From NCBI GenBank assembly GCA_028534125.1, contig CM052816.1, positions 82,524,001 to 82,588,000 on the forward strand: a stretch of DNA of 64,000 nt, written 5' to 3'. The notes beneath the pieces are model-generated. The model searched no databases. It worked only from the letters and a program-made list of their open reading frames with translations, and was not told the DNA's origin. Made by a program: the position numbers and the translations under genes. Shown here in pieces: positions 54,279 to 64,000 of the stretch (positions within the stretch are counted from its first letter, which is position 1; every line of letters starts with the position of its first letter). The DNA is from Lama glama. Taxonomy: Eukaryota.

Positions 54279-55954
54279 AAAAAAAGGGAAAAAAAGGAAG
54301 TACTTTATTTTAGAGCATCCTAACTATAAAGAATATGCATTATATATATAGAAATCAGAATTGATAATTCCAATTTAAAATATTAAGAAAAATTATAAGA
54401 AAGAGAGCTTTAAACATATAATACAATTGGTTTCTACTGTTCCAAAGTTCATATCTTTTCTGTGCTTCATACATTTTATGTTTTCTCAGCAGAAAAAATA
54501 GAAGGGTAGCTTATGGCCACCTTTTCTGTCTCTACTAAGTTACTGCTTCTGTGCTTGCTGTTTTTGCCCTGATGTTTTTCTTACTTGCTACACTCAGCCT
54601 CTCTTCTCTCCAATTTATGGTTGTGGTATTGGTGTTGGTGTGTGTGTGTTTGTGTGTCTGTGTTTATGAGGTGGTGGAGGGGGTATTAATAAAAATTCTC
54701 ATTTTATTTTCCCTTCCCATTCAATCCTCGGTGCAGCTTGCTGGGTGTGGGATTGGAGTTAGTATGTAAGCTGTACTATGCCATAACTTTCTGTTTCTTT
54801 CCTTGGCTAACAGTTTCTAAGGTTTATGGCATCAGGTTGAATGGTTGTACGGTGGTTAATGTTGAATCATGGATTCTTTCTCCTCTACTGCTTCTGTTGT
54901 TCTCACTCATTTTTTAACTGTTGAAGAGGGGAGATTATTTGTTTCATCTTTACTTTTCCATCTTTACTCCCAAATCTGGGCTTGCTTATAAAATAGCCAT
55001 GACATTTTTTAACAATTTAAACCTTGAATGTAATAAAAGACAGGTTTATTCTTTTGATTTCTCCACATAAGGAGTCCTCTAAGGAATGTGGGTTTCAGGG
55101 GAGGGCAAAAGAAAAAATAACTAAATTTTTTTTCACTGTATTGTGATATTGAAGTGCCAACACCGTATATTTAATCAATCATGCAGTCAATCAATCAATC
55201 AAGCAGAATCATGCTGCCAACATTGAATTAGATTTTATAATAATATATATATGACTTGGTACTTGTTTAAAATGAAGTTTCTTTTTACTTAAAATTTTAT
55301 TCAAGTAATGTATAATCAAATTAAAAAGTTGTCATAGGGGAGAATCTTTACCCAATTCAATGAAATAGATGAGAATTAATTCTGGGAGCTCTTCCTTTGT
55401 GTTCTCTGTCTTCATTGAGTTGCATCATTCAAGGGTTATCTCTCCTTTTGAAAGCTGTTGCACCTTTGCTTAGAATTCCCTGTTATTGTTGTGGGTGCCA
55501 ATTCACTCAATGCCACCATCAAGAATAAATTAACTTGGCCAGAGAGCTTCTAAGAAAGAAATGATGATAACAGAAATAGAATGTCTGTAGGATTTATATT
55601 CCAAATATTTATGAAATACTAATTTTTAAGTGCTCTGAAAAATCTATTTTGTATAGGTCTTTTTATGAATGAGTTTCTGGTTACATTTTATATTTAAAAT
55701 ACTTCCTGTGTATTATGCCACTTAAAAATATTCATGGTTTTAATAAGAGGATATTTCAGTTATGTTTTCAGCTTTTTTTTTTTTTGCCTCTGATTATTAT
55801 GAGTGATCCTCTGGAATTCAATGCTTTAGAAAGAAATACTTTCTTTCCATTAGCACTTTCATAATTAGATGTACACTTACTCCTTTTTTTTCTCTTTCCA
55901 GGAAAACATTTCACCTTCCTGGGCATAGAATTGGATTTGTCCTTTCAACTACAT

Positions 55955-56520
55955 AATTATTGAGCAAATATTTATTGAGTATTATTTGTACAACATTGTG
56001 TTGGGCATTTTGGAAAGAGTTTACAATCTAGTTGAGCAAACAAGATGATATTTATAAAGAGATTTTGGTGTATTGGTAGTGTAAAATTTCAGAAAAGGAG
56101 ATCACCATGGTATTCAGCAGCCTGGGAAGTCCTTACAGAAGGGGTAAGGCTTGAGTACAGGAATTTAAGGAGTGAAATGTATTCAGATTGGACAAATGGA
56201 AGTGATCATTTTAAGTTGACAGAAGGGAAAAGAGAGGATGGTGGTGGGAAAGCAGTCAGTTACTGACATTAAAAAGCAAGACGTGTCAATGGGCTGGAGA
56301 GACTTACTTCAACTAGAAAAGATGAGCCTTCGAGATGAATGCAAGAAATACTACTTTGTGTGTGGTCGATTGCGTTTCCAGTTAATTATGGCTGCAGAGT
56401 TTCAACTTGAGGCAACAAGAGGTAGATAATAAATAAATAAGTAGTAAAGTGAAATTATGAAAGGCTGAAATACTTTTCAAATAATTTGGATGGAGTTTGG
56501 AAAGTAGAGAATGGATTCAA
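55955..56520 (-). mobile_element. L2 fragment
   Basis: 'gagcaaatatttattgagtattatttgtacaacattgtgttgggc' is the antisense L2 terminus. Confidence 0.55.
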
Positions 56521-56932
56521 GAAAGCCAGCTGGGATCATGGTTTAAATATGTCAATATGTCATCCTGACAGAAGAAAGCCTTTTTTTTTTTCAATTGGTG
56601 CTCTGGTGCAGCTAATTGAAAAGTTTAGGATCTGACGGTCCTCATATGAATCATGTTATTATTGGGGTGATTCTAATCATGGGCATATAAACAATGGTGA
56701 AAAACAGGAGGAACAAACTGACTTTTCCTCAATATTTGGAAAACAAAGATCCTTGATAGCAAAGAGAGTCTTAGGAATTATGAATATTTAGGAGTTGCCT
56801 AAATAGAAGTTATTATAAGATAGATACTCTGAGAAATGTTTTACATTTATTATCTCAATTAAAAACCAAGGTGGTTTTATGATGTGCTGTCAATCAAACA
56901 TGGCTATTTTCTCTCAGGTTTTAAAAAGATGC

Positions 56933-57310
56933 TGTTGCCCCACCGAATAAGGGTCCTTCTGCCCAGTGTCACTCACACCAGTAGAATGAGAATGAGTTCG
57001 TTTCAGAAGCAAAGGGAAGCTTTATTCTTTGATCAGAGAATGGAGAGGTGCTGGGAGCTTGCGCTCTAAAGTCCCTGCTCCCCTCCCCAGGTGATGCGCG
57101 GGGCTGCTTCACAGGGCTCCATCAGCAGGGAGGGGGCAGGGTTCTGGTGGGGCGGGCACAGGGGTGCTACTCAGGCTCCAGATGGCAGTGCCAGGAGCAG
57201 CAGCTCTGCACATGGCCGCCTGCCGCCATCTTGGACCGGGTGTCGTGCCGCAGCGCTTCTGCAGATGGTCCCTGAGGTGAGGTGTCCCTGCAGCCATTTT
57301 GCACTGGGAA
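56933..57310 (-). mobile_element. CpG-rich LTR-like element (probable ERV solo LTR; family not identified)
   Basis: The minus strand ends ...ggggcaaCA, with AATAAA (57021-57026) about 90 nt upstream. The U3-like region has a GC box (57149-57157) and YY1 motifs (57222-57233, 57291-57301). The right boundary and TSD are unresolved. Confidence 0.55.
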
Positions 57311-57948
57311 CGCAGGTCTGAAAGTGCCTGGGGCAAGACCTCTGCATGGGGCACCCTGTGAGCAAGTGAAACTAGACTAAAGCACAAAGGGAAAGAAACG
57401 GTTAGACTTTATTACCACGTGTTCTGTGTGTATTCCTTGGGAATTGTTAATGTGCTTTGCTGGTGACAATACTACCTATTGTTTTCACTTTTTGTTTAAG
57501 TAGTTAGTAAATTGTCTCAACACCATTTATTATTCATTGTCTTTGATTTAAAACATTGTTCCTAATATATACTAATGAATGTTCTACACCTGGCTTAGTT
57601 TATGCACTTTTCATCTCATGCCTGTGATTTATCTTTCTGTTCTGTTTGTGTACTCACTTACTATTTAAAATATATTAAAACTTATTATTATGATTTCTAA
57701 GTCATAATTAGAAAATCTATTGACTTTTGGAGGTATTATATTCTCTCCAGTTTGCTTATAAAACTCTCTTAGTAATTATGATAATTTCTACTTGATTTTC
57801 TTGGGTTTTCAAAGCAGCATATCATATCCTCTATGAATAATGATAAATGGATACTCTCCTTTCTAAAACGTAAAGTTTATTTTTATCTTTCTAGCTTGGC
57901 TAGAACGTCTAAAACGGTATTGAATAGTGAAAGTATCAGTGGGCATTC

Positions 57949-58204
57949 TTTTTTTAAATATATTTATATTGAAGTATAGTTGGTTTACAATGTTGTGTCA
58001 ATATCTGGTGTACAGCACAGTGCTTCAGTCTTATAGGAATATACATATATTTGTTGTCATATTCTTTTTAACCATAAGTTGCTGCAAGATATTGACTATA
58101 GTTCCCTGTGCTATACAGCATGAACTTGTTTATCTATTTTATATATAGTAGTTAGTATCTGCAAATCTCAACCTCCCAGTTTATCCCTTCCCATAGCCTT
58201 CCCC
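57949..58204 (-). mobile_element. Young (camelid-type) 5'-truncated L1 3' end
   Basis: Antisense 3' UTR 'ttgaagtatagttggtttacaatgttgtg...atagttccctgtgctatacag...gttagtatctgcaaatctcaacctcccagtttatccc', with the T tract on the left. Confidence 0.92.
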
Positions 58205-58240
58205 CACTTCCTGGCCTTTTGGCCAAGATCAAGTGTAGTA
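58205..58240 (+). pseudogene. RNU2: U2 snRNA 5' fragment (nt 3-38), 3'-truncated retropseudogene fused to L1
   Basis: cacttcctggccttttggccaagatcaagtgtagta versus U2 CGCTTCTCGGCCTTTTGGCTAAGATCAAGTGTAGTA is 32/36 by hand, with two mismatches being CpG transitions. It ends exactly at the GTAGTA branch-point recognition sequence. Confidence 0.9.
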
Positions 58241-61199
58241 GGCATTCTTTTTTAATGAGAATATGTTTTAAAATTAAACATGCCATTGGTTATTGATCTG
58301 AGATATGTAGAATAATCTGTATACTATTAATAATAAATTCTGATATGTTAGAATGTTTTAATTTTAAAAATTTATTTACTTTTATTATATGACTTTTGGG
58401 TCATTAACAAAGATGATTTTTTTTCCTTTCCTACCTGCTGAAATGGTTAATAATAGTAAGAATATTACATTTCAAACAACCTTGAAAGAAAATTAACTTA
58501 GTCATGGGGTTTTATTATTTTAATGTATTAGTTGGATGGATTGTCTAGGAATGAAATTTTCTGTCATTGCGTTCTCTTTTCTGATGGTATCGAAAGTCAC
58601 ACTAGTGAAATGAATTATAAAGCTTACACTCTTATATGTTCTGGAACTCTGGAAATACTATTTGAAGATTTTGAAAGAAGTAATTGATAAAAAATTTTGT
58701 GTCTAGCAACATTTTGGGGGCAAACTCATTGATCAAAAATTTCTTAATGGCTTTCAAATTTTAGTTTTCTTATTGAGTTACTTTTTGGTTGTTTATATTT
58801 TCCCATATCTTTTTCATGTTAATTTTTAAATATACCAGCAAGATATTCTTTCCATCTGCAGACAGAAGATTTAGTTTAGTTTCTTGTGTATTTGTATTAT
58901 CTTTCTTTATTAGATTTTCCAAAGGATACTCTATTTTATTGCTCCTTTTTATAATTTAATTTTTAGTTATTTTCTAATTTATAAACTCTACTTTTAATTC
59001 ATGGAATTATTTAGCTTATCTTATTCTAACTTCTTGACTTAAAATTTTATCTCAATTATTATTTTCCTTCTAGAGTAATAACTACAACATTGACAGATAT
59101 AATCATTAATTTAAATATGGTTTGGTCTGCATTTCATATGTTTTAATCTATAGTTCTTAATTTTTAGAGTCTATAGTGCAACTTTGATTTCCTCTTTAAA
59201 ATTTAGATGGTTTATTTGAAGTATCACGTAGCCTCAACCATTAATTGTGTCTCAGAGACAAAATGGGAAGGTGGTCCATGGGAAGGGGTCTGGCAGGAAC
59301 AGAGCAGTGCCTGCTGTTCTAGGACAAGATGAAAATACTAGTCCTCTTATCCAGAACTAATGGAAAAGCCTAACTACCCAAATGCACCATGAGGTTTGCT
59401 TTAGGATATTGGAAGAAACTAAATCTTACAAGATAACTTATACATAAACTTAACCACTGCCTTGAGCACAAACCTACACACACTGTCTTAAACCACTTTC
59501 CATAAAAGACCAAAGGGAGAGGCAATAGCTAAGACAGGAAAGCTGTTTTCTAAAGGCTGCTTAGTAAATCATTCCTTCAAACATAATAATAAAAGGAAGC
59601 CATATCACTGAAAAGAAAGCAAAAGTTCTTATCAAAGTACATGCCTCCCATGTGTTTTATGTGTGTGGATTAAATTCTTTCCAGCATACTACCATTTGTG
59701 TTGACATTATCCCTTAGAAATCTTTCTCTTCTGAAAATACACATTTGGTAAGAAAAACTGAGTCAGTGATTTGTGCATATATAAATCACTTCATTCTTTC
59801 TTTTGGAGGCAATTTCGGTCTGAAAGCCTCCATTGGAAAAAATAAATAAAAAAATAAATGAAATTAAAATAAAAAGGGAGAGTAGAAAAGTTAGAAGACA
59901 TAGCCCAAATGACAGTAAATGTTAATGGTCTGATCACACACCAAAAATTGTCCTTCAAACCGAAGTGTGTATTAAATAGTAATGGATAGATATACTTCTC
60001 TGTGAGATCTGATTTGTCTAGCAAATCCTTACTGACATATACTCTCATTTACTACTATATAGCCTTTTGAAAATGCCATTCCAGCAGAGCATAAAAAAGG
60101 TTATTTAGATTAAGTATAGTTACAAGATAAGCAGTATACTGAGTTCATTGGACTTCATGCACACTCATTTAATTTCCCCCGCTCCATTACTCTGAATCAA
60201 ACTGTCCCTGAAAGAACAAGAGGAAGGAAAAGGGCATTAAAAAACACAAATCACAAAGTAGAGAACATTCTTCTTAAAAACGAAATGGTCTCCATGTGTT
60301 ACCATTTAATACCATGGAAATACTTTCTTGACTTTTATAGCATGCAGAGAAACTGCACCAATCTATTAAAGAATGCAATAAAAAAAAGTCTTTGAGGTGG
60401 GTTAACATTTTCCAGGTCTTTATCATTCTAGATGGGCTTGGAACTTCAAAACACTGTAAAATATTATAAATGGTATCCACTTGCATCTGTGTGCAGCTTA
60501 TGGCATAAGGAATGCATGACCACTTAACCGTTTATTGAATACGGGAAGAAATACGAGGAGACCTTCGGTGATATGTTTTAAAACGAGGCCCAAAGCCAGG
60601 CTCTAAAGACAGACAGAGTGCCAAAGCGGTTTATCTTCTCCTTTATCCTTTTAACTTTAGTGCCATTAAGTGCCAGGATGAGGCTTTTTGGACTTCATTT
60701 GAAATTCAAGTAATTAATAGAACCGGAGAAAATAAGTTCTAGAGGGCTAGGTATTGTGATAAAGTATAAACAAGAAAGGCCTGAAGTTTAGAGGACAGAA
60801 AATGACAGTGCAAGTAATAAAAGTTATACTGGGGGTTTAAGTAATTGTTAAGACCTTTCACATGTTCCGTTTGCATTTGACAGTGGCTGAACTTTATTAG
60901 CCTTTAATGGCCTTCATTAAATTATATTTGGTATCTAAGAGGCTATGCATTGAATGGGGAGCATGAGGATGGTCTCCTTTACCAACGTACATACCTCAGC
61001 TAAGGAGGTATGACCCTCAGCATCTTGTTTTAGGGAATAGCATGCTTTCTTTACTATTTCAGTGGAGAAACGGCAATTTTTATAGATTTTTTTCTCAATG
61101 GGCTCCTTCCCAGTAACATTTAAACAGTCTCTATCTTTGAAAAAAACAAAAAATTCCCTCATTAACTCTTCGTCTTCCAACAGTTATTTACTGCCCTAA

Positions 61200-62705
61200 T
61201 TGATATTGTTCTTTGCATCCTCCTCCTCACAAATAGCATTATCTGCACTTTTTCATCTCTAACCCCCTCCCCAACCCACTACAGTCTGGTTCTTCACTGA
61301 CCTTCCCCTGCTCAGCTCACACCACGGTCACTAGCAACTACCATGTAGATAAAGTAAATTTGAACTTTCAGTCACTGTCCAATGAATGCATCTTCCTATG
61401 ATCAGCCCTTACTACATCACTATATTTTGTAAAGGAAAAAAAATACCTTTCTTTTCATTTTTTTTTGTTTGTTTTTTGCACACTGCCTATAAATGTGTAG
61501 GCTCTTCCAGGTTCTTTCCTAAACCCACTTCTCTTCTGCATCTTTGACTTCTTATTAGGAAACTCATTCCCTCTCTGGTTTTGGTTGGCACTACAGTGTG
61601 TACCTACAGCTTATAAACTCATGAGAACAAGACCTTTGACCATATCTACATAACATCAGACAGCTCCTGGCACAGAGTAGGCTGTCAGTAAACATCTGTT
61701 TCCTGGCTAGCTGACACATCCTCCTCTGTTCACTAAGCCTATAGAGCAAACTGCCTAGTGAACATTTTTTATCAGAAGTCTCTGTTACCTGGAACTCAGA
61801 ATTTCCTAAAACAAACATGCCATCTCCATGAACTACTTCCAACTCCCACCCTCATGTTCCCCTCTCTGGTGTTGGGAGACAGAACCTGCTCCTTCAGCGT
61901 GCTTCCTAATTTCCATCATGGTGCCGCCAGCCACCTAGTTGCCCAAGCGAGTACCCTGGGAGTCCTGAACTCCTTTCTCTTCCTTATTTATTTCCCAGTG
62001 AGCCACGATGTCCTGTCTTTCTAGTCCTCCCCTTCTCTTCAGCCTCATCACCACCATCATGTATCAAAGAACAATTATTGTTATAGACCTGAACTCCTTC
62101 AACAGCCTGCCAGTTGCTTTCCCAGTCTCCAGTCTTAATCTAAGATTTTTTTTTCTACCAGGTAAATTTCTTTTCCAGAATCTAAGCTCACTCCATTAGT
62201 GGAATCCTTTCAATTTCTTTTTACCTCCTTTAAAGGAAAAGGAAGAAAGTCTAGTTTGTTAGGATGATTTAAAAGATCCCAACTTACACTTTAACTCCTA
62301 CAAGTCCCCAATGCAATAGTAAACTCCAATCAGAATAAACTTCGTTTCTTCCAATTTCATATCTAGTTTGGGATGTACATGTACTATTTCCATCTACTGG
62401 AGTCTTCTTTATTGTTTTGTTTTTAGGTAAACTTCACTTGGACCAGGAGGCCAACCTTGATCCACATGCCCCACCATCCACATTCTCTATGCTACATACT
62501 CCTTTTCTCAGTCCTATAGCATGATGTGCCTTTCTAAGACAGTGTTGCCATAAGAGAAATAAAATAAAAATAGATCATGTAAATTCTTCTTGACTATCTT
62601 TCCCATAAGCTCAGTGAGTACAGGAACCATGTATGTCCATGTATGTCTTGCTCACTGTACCTAATACACATATATTGCCTGTACTCAGTAAAGATTTGGA
62701 GTATT
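61200..62705 (+). mobile_element. L2 fragments including the 3' end
   Basis: 'ttctaggttctttcctaaacccacttctctt'-like core, 'caacagcctgccagttgctttcccagtctccagtc', terminal 'gtactcagtaaagatttgg'. Confidence 0.7.
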
Positions 62706-64000
62706 AGAAAATATTGAATTCCTTAACAGTATTGGGAATCCCTGGGGTCATAATGGTGTACCCTATGGGAAATTTCAGCAGGATTTCGATTCTCTTTATA
62801 ATGATCAGTCTTTCATAAGAGAAGGAATCCTAGTTTGTTGACTATTTATAGGAGCATGCAATTTGTTTTGTTTTTATCGAAGTCCACAGTCAACCCATTC
62901 TTGCGATTATTTGGGTTGTCTTAATCTCTGTCTTTGGATAACTATGAGTTTCATCCTAATTGATTTTTTTCATTTTTCTACTTCAAATCGGCAATGGGAC
63001 AGGAGGACTTTAAGAAACCATTATAAGACATTCATCTCTGGATTTTGCCATCATGTTAAATCCTTAATGTGGCCAACCCATGTCCCCTCTGGTGGCCTGG
63101 TTGTTTATTATGTAGGGATATGACTACTTGACTATTTCAGTCTTGTGGCTTTTTCTTTTCCCTTCCTAGGGTATTTGCAGTTTAACATAGATTCCCTGCA
63201 GAGGACTAGGATAAGCCCAAATAACTAACACTTTAGTTTTAAGCACATTGGCACTTACATAGAGAAAATTGCAGTTTCTCGGTGAGACTTTCCTTGGAAG
63301 ATTCCAGTCATCACAACAGGAAAAAAAATCTCTTTGCCCACATATGACCATGGCTTTCCTGAGATTTAATGTTAGTCAAAGACAATGTGGCAGTGTAGAT
63401 AGAAAGCATCTGTGCTTTTAAACTGGTTACATCCTTCTCAGGAGTTGCTGGTTCACTGTAAAATAGTGAAGATTGGGACAAAATTTCCCACATATAAGCA
63501 CATAAAATACTTATACTTTAAAGACCAAGACATTTTAAATGTACGAACTATAACTGAGATGTGAGACACCTGGATGTCCCCCAAATCCTTGGCTTGCTGG
63601 AGTATACAAATCTTTAAGCTCTAAATAAAAGTATCTTGAATACCTATTTCTCCTAAGGTGGAAGTCCACCTTTTCTCCCAGTATCTCCAGGGATTCCTGA
63701 TGGAGGCATAAATTTCCCTGGACTTCTTTGGCTCCCATAAATTAGTCCCACCAAACTGATCTCCAGAGTGGATGTCACAGAATGCATATGCTATTCCAGT
63801 TCCACAGTGGAGCCCCCTGCTGCACACGCCCCAGTCACGCCTGGGAAGAACTGACTCCATGAGCAGCAGTTTTTACTAAGCTTTTAGAACAATGGAGAAG
63901 GGTTACCATTTAGTAAAGAATCCATAACATTTTTGAGTGAGTTTAGGGATCATTGATTAAGCAGTAATCTATCCTTAATAGAGCATAATATGTCTGTTTT

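Larger units (their letters stand above)
57470..59200 (-). mobile_element. Degraded old L1 hosting the U2-L1 chimera
   Basis: Antisense L1 ORF2 text ('tattgaatagtgaaagtatcagtgggcattctt', 'aattaacttagtcatggggtttttattattttaatg'). Confidence 0.65.

Noticed and set aside
55880..55960. Strong acceptor-like tract tttttttctctttccag
   Set aside because: No plausible downstream donor or recognisable peptide, and it runs into an L2 element.
58205..58240. Functional U2 snRNA gene
   Set aside because: It covers only 36 nt, with no Sm site, no 3' stem-loops and no snRNA promoter context.

Overview
This is AT-rich, repeat-dense mammalian DNA, almost certainly camelid: it carries a Vic-1-type tRNA-Ala-derived SINE at 35463-35603 and cetartiodactyl-type L1 3' ends. 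It reads as a gene desert or very large intron. I can support no intact protein-coding gene, and the supplied ORFs are chance ORFs or transposon remnants. Recognisable content: (1) a 5'-truncated, frameshifted TMEM125 retrocopy (about 18971-20227) inserted inside an internally deleted ERVL/HERV16-like provirus (about 18040-22523); (2) a chimeric retro-insertion (57938-58253) in which U2 snRNA nt 3-38 is fused in opposite orientation to a young L1 3' end inside one target-site duplication, the most unusual structure in the window; (3) a twin-primed, 5'-inverted young L1; (4) a full-length MaLR (MLT1) provirus; (5) many solo LTRs, hAT and Tigger DNA transposons, L2 and MIR relics; (6) a perfect 82-bp tandem duplication; and (7) a CpG-rich LTR-like element with YY1 and Sp1 motifs. 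Repeat subfamily names come from remembered consensus sequences, not from a search, and boundaries without a TSD are approximate. I see no evidence of a new multi-gene system.
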